Source: Salpingoeca rosetta (lineage: Eukaryota; Protista; Choanoflagellata). From it: a stretch of 64,000 nt of DNA. The translations under genes were made by a program, and so were the position numbers. The stretch covers positions 633,716 through 697,715 of the forward strand of contig JAWQFM010000024.1 of assembly GCA_033442325.1 (NCBI GenBank), read 5' to 3'. Below, in pieces: positions 12,901-34,865 of this stretch (positions are counted from its first letter, which is position 1; each line of letters begins with the position of its first letter). A model generated the notes under the pieces. That model was not told where the DNA came from. It did no database searches and worked only from the letters and a program-made list of their open reading frames with translations.

Positions 12901-14787
12901 GCTCACAGCTGATCTCGTCATCATCCGCTCCCGAGCAGCGCCACCTCTGCTGCAAGTCGCGGGCACGCCCGTGCAGTGTAACCTGCAACTTGGCAATGAA
13001 GACCTCCGGCTTCCTCTTGGCATTGCAACCTTCGTCACCGAAACTGTGTACACCTTCCACTGCACGTGCGCACGCGGTTTCAAGCTGACGTCAGGCGGGC
13101 GGTGCGTGGTGGACAACCCAGACATTGCCGGCATTGCCGTTGGCTCTGTGATTGGCGGGTTGTTCTTTGGCCTGTTTGTGGCGTGGCTGTCACGCCGCTA
13201 CCGTGGCCTGACCAAGCGCATTGACCTGCAGGAGCAGCTGCTGGTGGAGAGGGATGAGGAGGTGATGGCGCTGAAGAAGGCGTGGGAGATTGAGTACGAT
13301 GAGCTGAGGATGACCAAGCGTGTTGCAGCGGGTGCGTTTGGCGTGGTGTTTGAGGCAGAGTGGGACACGGTGATGGTGGCAGTGAAAGTGCTGCAGCAAG
13401 CCGTCATGGCGTTTGACGAGAGCACGGTGCTTGAGTTTGAGAAGGAGGTGGAGTTCCTGCAACGGACACGGCACCCGAATGTGGTGCGATTCTTTGGGGC
13501 GGGCACAAACCCCAGCGGCAGCCCGTTCCTGGTGCTGGAGTTTGTGGCAATGGGGTCACTCAAGGATCTGCTGGGGAAAGATATGGAACAGGTGTTGAGG
13601 GAGGTGAGGAACAGGAAGGTTGAGGAGAGCAACAGCAGCAGTGGTGGTGTCAGGGATGATGTGAACAGTGTGTGGGAGTTGAAGCTGCGCTTGCTGCGTG
13701 ACATTGCGAGTGGCATGGCTTTTATCCACAGTCTGGACCAGATGCATCGGTGAGTGTGTGTATGCGTGTGTGTTTGCGTGTGTGTGTGTGTGCGTTTGTG
13801 TGTGTTTGTGTATGTGCGTTTGAAGCTGCGTTTCTATGTTTGCATGCAGGTACGCACTCTTGCCCACTGCACCATCCTACCCTCAACCCACCACCACTTC
13901 CACACTCATTCACACCCACAGAGACCTGAAGAGCGGCAACGTGCTGGTGTCATCGTCGCTTCGCGCCAAAATCACGGATTTCGGGTCCATTCGCCAGTGC
14001 TTTACACGTGGTGGAGGTGGCAGAGCCCACGGCAGCAGCCACACTCGCCTGTCGTCCAGCCAAGCTGACGATGATCCGCAATACAGCCAGCGCACTGGAC
14101 TGCAGACAATGGCCAGCATGACGCTGACGGCTGGCGTGGGCACGCCGCTGTACATGGCGCCAGAGGCATTGATGGGTGACAAGTACAGCTTCGGCGCAGA
14201 CGTGTTCAGCTTTGGCGTGTTGATGTGGGAGGTGGCGACACAGCGACCACCGGATCTGATTGAGCAAGAGAAGGGGGGCGACTTTAGGGGGCCTCTGCTT
14301 CCTGCAATCACGGAGCTCCTGACTGAGGGCAAGCGCCTCAAGTTTCATGACACAGATGGTGAGTCCCATGTGTGTGTGCGTGTGTGCGTGTGTGTTTGTT
14401 TGTTGTTCAGACGTTTCCACACATATGTACATGGCTTGTGCACGTGCGTTGTTCACGCTGCAGTTCATGTGGCTGTTGTGTTGCATTGCCGCCACTTTTC
14501 ACCTCACTTTGATCTCTTACCGATCATGCTCTTCTCTCATAACCTTGTACAAATCACTATTAATCACACCAACCAACCTCACATGCACAATGCGCACGTG
14601 GACACGTGCACACATGCACACGTGGACACATTCACACATGCACACACGCAACAATGCAGGCATCCCAGAGTGGTTCGAGACATTGACACTGGACTGCATG
14701 GCACACGACCCGGCACAGCGCCCAAGCTTCAACGAGCTGAAGCTGAACCGACTTGGGGGACACACGCGCAACATGCTTAAATCGTAG
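9687..14787 (+). CDS. LRR receptor-like kinase: signal peptide, LRR ectodomain, EGF-like motif, single TM, TKL-group kinase
   Basis: Exons 9687-9803 (MRQCWWLLLMIVVSAVVHVWG signal peptide), 10283-13749, 13922-14358, 14660-14787, all GT-AG and phase-compatible. At least 12 LRRs of ~24 aa (LxxLxLxxNxLxxLPxGLF), 'CTCARGFKLTSGGRCV', TM 'IAGIAVGSVIGGLFFGLFVAWL', kinase motifs AGAFGVV, VAVK, HR|DLKSGN, DFG, GTPLYMAPE, DVFSFGV. Confidence 0.92.
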
Positions 14788-15041
14788 ACATTGTCACACC
14801 GTTAGTGATAACGTGAGTGTAGATTATCTGAGCCACTGTCACCCATCGTGGGTACATTAAATGAGCAGCCACGTGTTTGACACCCGCTTCACTGCGCAAA
14901 GGCCATTCTGTTTGCGTGAAGTGTTTCATGTTTACTTGCCTGGATGACCAGAGCAATTGCGAAAGGGTATTGCGACTTGTGACACGACACAACACGACAC
15001 AATCAATCATTCACACCGAACCCCGCAAACCAAGCCCTGAA

Positions 15042-22666
<7,625 letters not shown>

Positions 22667-23412
22667 GTTCGCTCTTTGGGTTGAGGTTTGCAGCAGAGGA
22701 AGGGACCCTGGAGATTAGGAGATTGGGGGGCTTTTGTATGTGCTCCTTTCGTCTTGTCGTGGTTTGTGTCCACCTTGCTGTTTGTGTGTGATCGTCTCGG
22801 GGGTGTTGGGTTCTCCTTTGATCCTTCAAGAGCCAAGCACGAGAGAGGAACAGAAAGATGCTTCGCAAGGACTGGACTGTCAAGTCCACACAAGTGCGCG
22901 CTTGACAGCAGAAACACAGTGAGTCCCTGGCTCTCTGGCTCATGCAAGTGTAAAGGCTGCGAGGGTCTCACCGGGAATGGGGAATGTGGAAATGAGCGAG
23001 CGAAGCTCCAATCACACCTCGAGCATTCCAACCGCACCCAGCAGAAGGAAAGAACAGAGGCCACCACCACATCAAGAAGACATCAACGCACCACGCACTC
23101 ATGTAAGCAAGTGATCGTCGTGATCGTGGTGGATCTTCTTGCATATGAGAGAGTTCTCGCTTGGTTGCGCTCAAGCAAGACCTCAACGCGTTTCAGCCAG
23201 ATGTGTGCGTGTCGCATCGTTCCCTTGTTGTTGTCTGCTGTCATTGTGTCCGTTGTTGTGCCTGCTTGCATCTTGTCGCACATGTTTCGCGACGCACGAG
23301 CCTCAAGCAAGACCAAATTTGCTGCAGAAAAATGCAGGGAATTTTCAACGAGTTTGCTGGACCGCACACACGCAATCCAGTCGCGTTGCGTGATGATGTT
23401 TGACCGCAGTTT

Positions 23413-23769
23413 ATGATGTCGCCAACCAACATTGTTGAACGCCAACCGACCATGATGCCTGTCGCCCTTGCCATGGTCATGGTTGTTGTTGCAGCGAGCA
23501 GCATCATGCCGGCCCAGCTGGTGGCTGCGGGTGGCAAGCGCACTTACGACTTTCAGAGAGATCTCACGCCACACAACTTGGAAAAACTGGTGTGTGGAGG
23601 AAGTGGTGGAGGGAGCGAGTGGCAGCGTGGAGGCGGCGTGGATGAAGTCGGGTGGAGCATATGTCGTGCACAGATGCTCTGATGCATGCCTGCATGCACG
23701 CACAACACACCTTGCACGACAGCCTGAAAGACAGCCATTCCTCAAATTGACAGAATGTTGCAACACAAC

Positions 23770-23834
<65 letters not shown>

Positions 23835-24187
23835 ACTCACACACACACTCACACACACACACACTCACACACACACACACACACTCACACACTCACTCAC
23901 ACACTCACTCACTACTTGGTTGGTCTCACCTTCTCTGCTGCCTTTATTGCATTTCTGCTTTTGCATCGCACGCTTTCCCCTTACCCTCCGCTGCCTCAAC
24001 ACTCCCACCAATCAACCGATCAGTGTCCCCTTGTTCCCGGCCATACTCGACCTCCGCCACAGTTGCTGAAACATATTCGGTGCGCTCATGCACTCAGAAA
24101 CAACTTTCACTCGCACACCACATAACATGCAGTCAACCCAGACTTCACCAACACGCACTCACACATGCATGCAAGCTCCCCCTACAC

Positions 24188-24232
<45 letters not shown>

Positions 24233-26048
24233 CATGAGTAACCTTGTGCCCTTGTTTGCTTGCTTGTTTGTTTGCTTGCTTGATTACTTGCGCAGATGGT
24301 TGCACGCCCCAAAGACTGGAACAAGCTTTGGAACATGCCTCATCCATTACGCCTGTCCCCTTCTGCCAGGCAGCATCTACCCACACAAGTGAGTGCACGA
24401 TCTTGGGCTCGCTGGACATGACCTGCAGCTTCTGTGAGCCCAGCACCTCCCTGTCTCGCCCCTGTTGTACACCTGTACACCGCCACACAATCACGCTCAT
24501 CACACTGCACATGTACAACAACACACCTAATGTTGTCGCAATTGCGTGCCAGATTCACGCTGGAAGAAGCGCAAAACAGCAGCTCTGGTGCGAGTCCCTC
24601 GGAGCTCATGCGGTTCTTCCTTGAGCGCTACAAAACAAAGGAGTACTGCCCCGGCGACGTGCATCTCAGGAAGATGTGGGGACACAAGACGCTCAAGGTG
24701 CCGTGCGTGTGTGAGCCAGCCGTGTCCTCATGCTGTTGTGTTCTGCTTGCATGGTGGCGCCGCCGCATCATGTAGCCTGAATGTCGCGCCTGCTTGCTTG
24801 CCTGCATGCAGCTTTATACGCGTGTGACAACACCGCCTCCCGGGCTGATGTGTGCCTCGCATATTGTGCCGTGTTTCCACACCGATCAGGAAACAGAAAT
24901 CAAGCAGGGCGGCATTGTCGGCATGTTCCGGGACCCGCGCATCCGGGATTACAGTGGTGCGTAAGACCCTCATTGGCAAGCATTGCCTGTCTTCACACTA
25001 GGTTTGAGGTCAAGGAATGCCGTTCATGGCTTCTTCATGTTGACTTCTCACGTGTGCACGGCTTCGTCGCTGCGACCTTTTCAACCATTTCGCTCACCCC
25101 GCACACATTTGCCTTGCCCGCGCTGCTGCTTGTGCAGAGTACCGTGTCCATGGGCACATTGGCACAAGCCGCCACCCTCGGAACATTTCCACATATGTCA
25201 GCATGTACCGAGGCTGCCAGGTGAGTCATCCATCTCTCCTGTGCAGTTGTCACCGTTGGCCGGACTTGTGGTTCAAGTGGTTTAGGTGGTCTCAAACGTA
25301 GTTGAAGTGGTTCAGGTGGTTGTCAAAGTGGCGGAGCTCTTCCGGAGCACGATGTCTCCATGCATGCTTGCTTGCTTGCTGGGCGTTGAAACCACTCCTG
25401 CTCTGCTTGCGCATATAACAGGCACATGTCCAAGTTACCATTTCTCGCAACCCGACACACATGCTCAAAACCATCACATGCGTACACGCATACATGCACA
25501 CAGACGAAGATGTTGCTGTGCAAGCCATGCAATCGCCCAAAGGACCCCGAGTTTTGGTTCTACAACACGACCAAGCAGGTCCGCGAATGACACATGACAA
25601 GCCCGAGCATCGCGCGCCCACCTTGCTTGCAAGCAGACAAACTCCATTGTCCGATTTGCGCGCTCGTGCACTCGTGTGCCTTTGTGTGCCTTTGTGCGCC
25701 TTTGTCCGTTCTCGTGTGCCCTTGTGCTTTCCAACCACCCATTTCAGCCCTCGCTCACGTCCACTCTTCATCCATCCTCTCCCTTTCCTTGCCAAATCAC
25801 GCGCAGGAGTTGGAGACAGCCATCAGATTACTCCGCAGTGAGAAGATTTCGTTTGTCGGTCTCACAGACTACTGGCGAGAAAGCATATGCCTGTTCCACG
25901 CCATGTTTGGGGGCAACATCACCGAGCATGAGTTTACCAACACGCGTCCGGGCGTCTCCAACACTGCCGAGGACATTCACGCCACGTGCGTTCACGTGTT
26001 GTGCATGAACTGTGCATGAGGTCTTGAGGGGTGTGCGTGTGGTGCACA

Positions 26049-26118
<70 letters not shown>

Positions 26119-26472
26119 ACACACACACACGCACGCACGCACGCACACACACGCACGCACGCACGCACACACACACACACAGCGCCATTGTTGTGGTGTT
26201 GTGCTTGTTGCTCTGCGTGGCTTCGCCTCAAGCGTCGCATGTTCACAACTCCCCCCCCCCCACTGTTGACTTCCTTTTACACAGCATGAACCACCCTGGC
26301 TTGGAGCACATCAGCGCTGCGGACGACCCAGCTGATTGGGAGATCTTCAAGGTGCGTCAACACATGATCCAAAGATGGCCGAGAAAAAATTGATTGATTC
26401 ACGCGTGCGTACTCCTTTCTCTCAGTGTGTGCTGCTGTTTGACATTTATACACTCGCCCACGCACACACGCT

Positions 26473-26565
<93 letters not shown>

Positions 26566-26797
26566 ACACTCACACACTCACACACTCACCTACATGCAGG
26601 TTGCCAAGGAAATCTTTGTGACACGCTTGGTGCAGTATGGCATCGAGGTGCCGGCTTCCTTGAAACGGTCCATGTCCTTAAATGACCAGCCCGTGCAGCG
26701 CTACTTTCCCGACAGCAACGGCGACAGCATCGACGATGATGACGCCGCGCAAGGCAACGATGACGATGATGCGGCAGATGACGACGACCAGGCTTGA
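23413..26797 (+). CDS. Golgi/secretory-type sulfotransferase (Sulfotransfer_2 / Gal-3-O / HS2ST-like fold)
   Basis: N-terminal hydrophobic segment (VALAMVMVVVAASSIMP). Spliced 5'-PSB motif KHIR|WLHAPKTGTSF (exons 24025-24079 and 24296-), 3'-PB motif 'GMFRDPRIRDYS' (~24920-24955), then 'FVGLTDYWRESICLF' and 'D-W-E-IF'. Last exon 26600-26797 has an acidic tail. Start could be 23413 or a nearby downstream ATG. Confidence 0.82.
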
Positions 26798-27249
26798 GTG
26801 CTGCTTTAGTTTCCCCAGTTCTCGGGCTCGCTTCCCCGTGATGTGATGTGATGTGATGCGATTGTACTTTCGTGCCTTATCATTTCAATCCTTGTCCTGC
26901 CCCTAAACTTTTACCTCTGTCCCTGCTTCTTGCTCCCCCCCCCCCGCTGTGCTCACGTACACACACATGCCCATATGACCAGCACCGCGGATGTCAACTG
27001 TTCTCTTTTATGGTGACGAGTTGACGGAGAGACAAAGCGAGCGGGACGTAGCTCAAATACACAACACAACACAACACAACACAACACAACACAACACAAC
27101 ACGCACACATGTCGTTCCTAACTGCATGATCCACGGAACAAAACGGAGCGCGCCAAGCAAATCAACACCATGATGACGCCAACAAACAAACGGCCATCAC
27201 ACCAAGACAGTGCGAGGCGTGCAGGAAACGAGGCAAACGCAGCACATGC

Positions 27250-27588
27250 CTATTGCGGGCCGGTTCGCCTCAGGCGCGCGCCCGTGTGTGGCGGTCGGTT
27301 GTTCCACTGGCGACCCTGGCCGCCACCGCGGTAGCGCTGGTTGCCGCGCTGCCCGTGCGAATAGCGGTTGTAGGGGCGGCGGCGGTTGTCCTGTTGCTGG
27401 CCGCCCTCGCGCGGACCAGAGTAGAAGCGGGCAGCATACAGCCGGTCGTTGGCATCAAGCAGCTGGCCAACCTGCACGCGCGTGAAAACGGCAACAAAGA
27501 AAAAGAATTGGTCAACGAGTGAGGGAACAAAACCAACTAATGGACAAACCAGGGAAGAACATGAGACAATAAACGGTTGCATACATGC

Positions 27589-27657
<69 letters not shown>

Positions 27658-29336
27658 TGGATTCCGCAATGAAACACACACACACGCACACACACGCACC
27701 TTGTCTGCGAGCTTCTTGGCAGCAACCTGCAGGCTGGATGGCTGCTGGCGGTACATGACAACGGCTGCGGTCATGGGATCGTAGAAGGCGTACAGCTCGC
27801 GACGGAAGATCATCTTGCTCACAATGCCGCGCACCTCTTTCATGTCCAGCTCAAACCGCTCTCTGAAGGGTTCAAGAAGCAAGGCAACACGCCGCAAACG
27901 TGAGCGCATCTCAAACCAACCAACACCACAAGCACACATGCAAACAAGCCTTCACACAAGCTGTCACAATCCCACACGCCAACGCAGTCTCGCGCTCCCT
28001 CTATCACACACACACCCATCCACATGACTCACGCAAGCTTGTCGAGGGTGATGCTGTCAAAGTATCCCGAGTTTGCGAGGAGGAAGGTGCGCAAGCCCTC
28101 GTGCTGGATCTTCTCGGCGAGCATGGTCAGCACGGCCGGCTTGTTGGGCATGAGGTCCCAAACGCCGAGGTCACAGATGAACTCGCGGCAGCGCACCCAG
28201 TCGCCCTGCAGCATGGCGAGCGACGCAGACATGATCTTCTCGCGGGTGGTCTCTGGCGGCGCGTGGTACGACTCGCGGCAAAACTCCTCCAGGCGGTGAC
28301 GGAAGTTGCGGTTCATGTACCGCGAGCGGCCAGTGCCGTACTGTCAAAAGAAGAACATGTTAGGCAGAGAACACAGTCAATGGAACGAGCATGAGACAAA
28401 CAAATGCAATGGACTGTTTGGGAGAGGGGCAAGAGACGCCACACTTGAACACCATCAGCATATTCCTTGCAAAGAGAACACACTGCACGGGCACACTCGC
28501 CAGCACATGCACACGCACACGCACACAGAGATACGCACCTGTGCGATTGCTGGGATCTCGATGAGCATGGATGCTGTGTAGTAGACGGCCTCGAGAAGGC
28601 CGACGTTGATGTGCATGTGGAACGGTGTCTGGCGCATCTTCTCCTTGGAGATTTGGCTCTGGCTCTTGTCGTGCCTGAACTTGTACCCCTGTGCCAACAG
28701 CTCCTTGGCCCTTTTTGCACGTAACAGATTTCGGATGTGGCGGCGACGCACGTGAGAACTCGAGATAAACGAAACAAAGAACGCCATGGATGCGAAGTCT
28801 CACGTCCACACCCACGCCCACGCCCACGCCCACGCCCACGCCCACGCCCACACAACACAACACAACACAACACAACACAACACAACACACACACACACCA
28901 GTACAGTCAAACACACAGAGCGCACGCTCACCTGCCCATCTGCACAATCTCGTTGAGGGCGGCCTGTGCCTGGATGACGTTGCCGGCGCGGAACGCACAC
29001 AGACCAAGCTGTACCATGGCCCGGTTGAACAGAATCTGCCAGCCACACAGAACAGCACACGTTGGGTATGAGAAACAAAAGGTTAACAAGGATGGTGTGG
29101 TGAGTCAGAGGAAATGGTGTGCGTGAGAAGAGTGTGGGTGTAAGCTCGTGCAAGTGAAGTGGGACGACAGCTAACTTGGGGGGCGATGGCCAAGCTGATG
29201 CTAACGCCTTTGCAGAGCATTGCAGTACCTGAGTGGGAATGTCTGCCTGAGAGATGGTGTCTTGCAGGCGGGACATGAGCATGAGGTCGCGAGCCTCCGT
29301 CCACCTGACTCAACCACAAAACGAAACAAAGTCAAA

Positions 29337-29375
<39 letters not shown>

Positions 29376-29889
29376 CGACAACAACGCGAATGGCAAGACA
29401 TAGAGCCGTGAGTCGATACGTTCTGCAAAACCATCACGTGACGCGCGAGAAAGACATTTGGTTCACACGGCATGGCACGCCCGCGGAAAGAGTGCACTTG
29501 CAACAATGCGAGGGTGAGTTCGCCAGCAAGTTTGAATGCACATACGCGCACATCTCATGTCACACACACACACACACACACACACCTGTCAAAGAGCGCC
29601 AAGTGGAACACGTGGCACAACGCGGTGCGCACGGCCATGCGGCCCTTGCAGTGCTTGTACACAAACTTGCACAGGCGGTCCACAAGGCCCTCAATGTCAG
29701 CCTCGACTTTGTTGTCAACAACCCATGGGGACGGCTGCGAATGTGTTTGTGCGTGTGTGTGCGTGTGTGGTTGCATGTGAGTCTGGCGTGAGGTTGAACG
29801 GTTAAGCGGGCATCCGAGAGCTACACAAACGCACACAATTACACAACCTCCACACACACACACACACAACACAAAATTACTCCTCGCCC

Positions 29890-29931
<42 letters not shown>

Positions 29932-32649
29932 CAATGACCTACCACGGGGAAGTGGATGTCCTCCGGCTTGGGCTGCCTGTCATACTTCTCCATGATGTGC
30001 TCCACCTTGCTGGGCAGCATGCGGGTGGGGCCACGAGGTGTTGGCGCAAGGAAGGTGCGCTTGTAGTAGATGCGCTCCAGACGAAGCAGGCGCACACGGC
30101 ACTGGGAGTCGGCAGTCAGGGTCCGGCTGTACTGCTGGGTCAGCACAATCAGGTTGTACAACACAACCTCATCCGACAATCTGCAGGCGCACAAATACGA
30201 CACAATCAAGGGTAACGTTTGCACAGCAGAGTGAGTGGCACAGACGAGGGCCATTGCAAAAGCGTCAGCGAAACGGAAAGAGGACGCGCAGCTGCACATG
30301 CAACAATTACAATGGATGCAACAAACACACTCACACACGCACGCGCACACCTTGCAATGTAGTCTGGGGAGTTCTGATCGATGTTGCGAAGGGAGCGCGT
30401 GAGCTCATCATCGAGGCGCTCAACCAGACGCACAACATCCACGTTGATCGACTTGTTCGATTTGCTGTTGCCTGCGACATGCCACATCAAACACATGTTT
30501 GCACATACATGTGTCAGCAAGGTGCAAGAGCTGACAAACGCATAAAATTCACAAATTGTCGGATGGTACTCACGCACGCACGCACACACACACTCTCTCA
30601 CTCTCACACACAAACGCACAAGCGCACGATACCTGTGGTGCTGTTTGACACGACAATGTCCTTGTTCTTCAGCAGCAGACCAATGAGCTCAACAAGCAAG
30701 TTGTGCACCCTGCATGACACAACGACAAGGAGAGCAACATGAGCTTCGGCGAGCATGTCACACCAGCAAACACACGATGCCACAAGCGACCGTCTTGCGC
30801 CCGAAAGCGGTCAAACACACACACACACACACGCAAGTGTATACACACATGCACATGAGAGGATGCACTTACAGGGCCCATTTCATAATGTCCATGTAGC
30901 CGGTGGCGGAGATGTCCTCATCAAAGTAGGATGTGATGAGGGCAACCAGGATGTTGCACGCGGGGAATGCGCCAAAGCCGTGATCATCAGAAATCTGGCA
31001 TCCGTACAAATCCATCGGGTAAGATGTGGCTAGAATGAGGTTGGCGCCCAACCGAGTGGGTTTCAGCAGAACAAGCGCAATAGCAGGCAAGACGTCGGAG
31101 AAAGGAAAAGAGGGCGCAGGGGCACACGTCAAGCATTCTCAGAACTAACGTTGCGGAGGCGGCGGAGTGCACGGCGATGGGCACCCTTCTCGCGCCTCTT
31201 GTTGCGAGCGCTTGTCAGCTACACGAATACAAATAAAGGTACACGGGATCAGTGGCAAGGTGAGCTACAGGGTGATGCCGATGGAGGCCACAAGTCCCGA
31301 AGAGCAAAATCCCAAGCGCTGGGTACAACATGTTAAACGTGCTTCACGACATGATCGCAAGGGGAGTGCAAGCAGGAAAACAAAAAGCGTGACATGGCAA
31401 CAGCTTCGGGCGTGCAGCCACACACACACACGCACACAGTACACACCTCCTTGAACTTGTTCATGACTTTGTCGTAGGTGATTTCCTCGCCCTTCTCAAA
31501 GAGGGGCTTCTCCTCCTTGGTCTTGCCCTGAACAACCATGGTGACTTCCTTCTCCTCGCCCTCGTCACCCTCCTCGCCTTCACCCTCCTTGGCGGCCTGC
31601 GGCTTGGGCTTGCTGCCCTCCTTGCCCTCGCGCTGCTTCTTCTTCGCCTGCGTGGTTGACTTGAGGAAGTCGGTGGCAACCCAGCCGCGGAAACCGCGCT
31701 GCTCGTTGCGCTCGCCAGCCTCCTCATCGTCGCTTTCGTCGCTGGTGTCGGTGTCCCAGTAGCTGTCATCGCTGTCCTCGCTCTCCTCCGGGGCCTTTGA
31801 CGCGCTCTTCTTCTCGTCATCCTCCTCTTCCTCCTCGCTCTCCTCATCCTCGCTCTCCTCCTGCTCAGACTCCTCCTCCTCCACGGGATTCTCGCGGTAC
31901 TCGTTCACGCTCGTCTCTGCGACAAAGAAAGGTCAGGCGTGATGTGTGTGTGTGTGTGCACGTACACGTGCATGTATACATGTGTGAGTGGGAGTGTGGC
32001 ATGAAGAGGTGCAGGGGGGACGAATAGAGCAATAACGCAAGTTTGCCTGACGTCGACATGCGTGTCCATGAGCAAGAACGCACTTCGAAAATGAGCACTC
32101 ACACGCAACCACGTAACCACACGTGTCATGCACATACCAAGCGGCTTGCGGTTGAAGACAGTCTTGAGGAACTTGGGGAGCTTGGACTGGAAGGGGGGAG
32201 GAGAAGTGTGCAAACGTGGGTGTGAGTGTATCAACGAAACACGGATGCCACTGGGAGGCGCACAAACAACAGCCTCACGGCACGCGAACGCACCATGCAC
32301 AAACACAGACACTCCCTCACACACAGACACACACACACACTCCAACGGGTACATACGTGGATCCTGTTGAGGGAGGTGCCCTGCTGCTTGTTGAGCTTCT
32401 TGCGGCTGCGGTAGGCCTCCTTGACCTCGTCTTGGAGCTCGACAAAGATCTTGAGACAGCTGATGGGCACGCCGACCTCGGCAATCTGCTTCTTGCTCTT
32501 CTCCAGGAGCTTGCACATGTTTGAGAAGGAGTCCTCCACAGAAGACCAGTCTGCGACCTTCATTCCGTTGCGGATCCTTGAGGCCTGCACGGCAGCATCA
32601 TCACGGCTGCATGGTGCATGTCATGCGGATGATATTGTGAGTGTGTTTT

Positions 32650-32685
<36 letters not shown>

Positions 32686-32933
32686 GTGGGCAGCCAGTCA
32701 GTGAGTGTTACAAGGTTGGGATGTTCTTGTGTCGCCATCGAGCACATGCAAGTCAGTACGCACAATTTCTGCGCCTTGCTCTTCACAACACGCTGCTCGT
32801 CCTCGTCGCTTGAGTCCACACGCGTGAACTGCCTGTGAACCAAGAAAGCAAGGATCCAACAGCAAGTCACAAGTATCAGTCCATTAAGCCATCCGGGGGG
32901 GGGGCACGCACACGCACATCCTCACACATACGT

Positions 32934-33004
<71 letters not shown>

Positions 33005-33158
33005 CACACACATCCACACACACACACACACACGAACACACGCACACATCCTCTCACACACACACGTACTTTGCTGAGCGGGTGGTCACCTCTGGGACTT
33101 CCTCCTCTTCCTCGGACGAGCTCTCCTCACTCGTCGATGCGGTGTAGAAGCGAGACAT
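27250..33158 (-). CDS. EIF3C: Eukaryotic translation initiation factor 3 subunit C (NIP1)
   Basis: [19 protein letters not shown]-terminus, '[17 protein letters not shown]', acidic linker (31440-31915), '[22 protein letters not shown]|[16 protein letters not shown]', '[15 protein letters not shown]', PCI end '[18 protein letters not shown]|[18 protein letters not shown]', RG-rich tail, stop at 27250. About 20 exons. Confidence 0.96.
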
Positions 33159-33987
33159 GGCCGGTTGTGCTGGTGTGGTGGTGTTGCTTGTCTTAGCTTG
33201 TGGCTGAAATCGCTGGTGTTGTCGCACACGTGAAAAGGGCAGTGCGCGGGGGTTGTGCTGCGGGCGAGACAGGAGAAACGAATAGTAGGTGTGTAACCGC
33301 CAATGTTCCCAAATATAGGTTTTCTTCATTTCAGAGCAAGGCACAAGAAGGCGTGGATGTTGCATTGACGCGGGTCGTACCATTTGAGTGATTTTATTCA
33401 TTTTGATTTGACTGTTTGCAAATCCAGCTCGATCGCGGCGCACCAAAGCCAAACACAAACAACAACGACGACCACAGCCAGACAGCAGTTCGTGTTCGGT
33501 GTGTCTGTGCGTCGAAGCTGTGTCGTGGCGTTGCTTCCATCCATCCACGCATCCATCCACGCATCCATCCGCGCGTCCATCCACGCACGGCTGCTTCACT
33601 TCACGTCCTCTGGCTCTGTGGTTTGTGGCGTGGAAGTGTCAAGAGCAATCAATCCCTTTGGCAGTCTTTTTCGTGTCAACAGCCAAACGAGCCAGTCAAA
33701 CACCTGTTTTGGTCCTTCGACACAATACAGAGGAGACAGCGACACAGCAACCAACCCAGGAACGAAAACGGACCACGCCACAACTCAGCGGCCATTTCCG
33801 ATTGGTGTGGCGTCTTCGAGGGTTCCGCATCAGGCGTGTTGTGTGCGGTGTGCGGTGAGCTGAGACAGAGAGAGAGAGAGGGAGGGAGACATCTTCAAGT
33901 CGAGCAACGCGCACTCATCTCAACCACGCAGTTTGGCGGTGACGCGAACAGCACCAAGAACAACAAAGGGTCAACGACCACAGGACA

Positions 33988-34143
<156 letters not shown>

Positions 34144-34158
34144 AAGCACCAACTGGTC

Positions 34159-34829
34159 ATGCCGGCACAAGGACAGCTCAGGCCGAAGCGACGAAGCGGC
34201 AAGCAGCACGCGCCGCTCGAGGTCGACACTGCGTTTCTCCATCCCATGTGCAAGTACGTCGGACGCCAGTGCAGCCAGCGCTCAGCCTACGGCGTATCCG
34301 TCAACTTTTATGTGAGTTGGTTGCCTCTACGCGCGCGCGCGTGTGTGTGAATGCGTGCGTGTGTGTGTGTGTGTGTGCGTGTGTGTGTACGTGTGTACTT
34401 GTTTGTGAGAGAGTGTGTGTGTTTGTGCACGTGTGCGTGTGTGTGCTTGTTTGTGAGTGTGTGCACATCGTGGCCTTTGGTGCTTGGAACCTTGCAACTC
34501 TGCAGTCACCCTCACCAAGTGTGACGTGTATCGTTATGCTTGTCACTTCGCACTCGTTGTTTCACTGTTGCACAGCATGTGGACTTCAGCCAGGGCCGCG
34601 TGTGTGGGGAGTTGACCATCAAGGAGCTGGCGCGAAACTGCCAGGACGTGACCACCTTCTTTGACGCCGAACTCGTGCAGACCGCTGACGACTTTCTCAC
34701 GCGTCGCTGGGGAGCAGATATGGACGTGGACATTGCACACTGGGTACAGCAATGACGAGTGTGTGCGTGTGTGTGTGTGTGTGTTCTTGTGTGTGTGTGT
34801 GTGTGTGTGTGCGCGTGTGTGTGGGTTCT

Positions 34830-34865
<36 letters not shown>

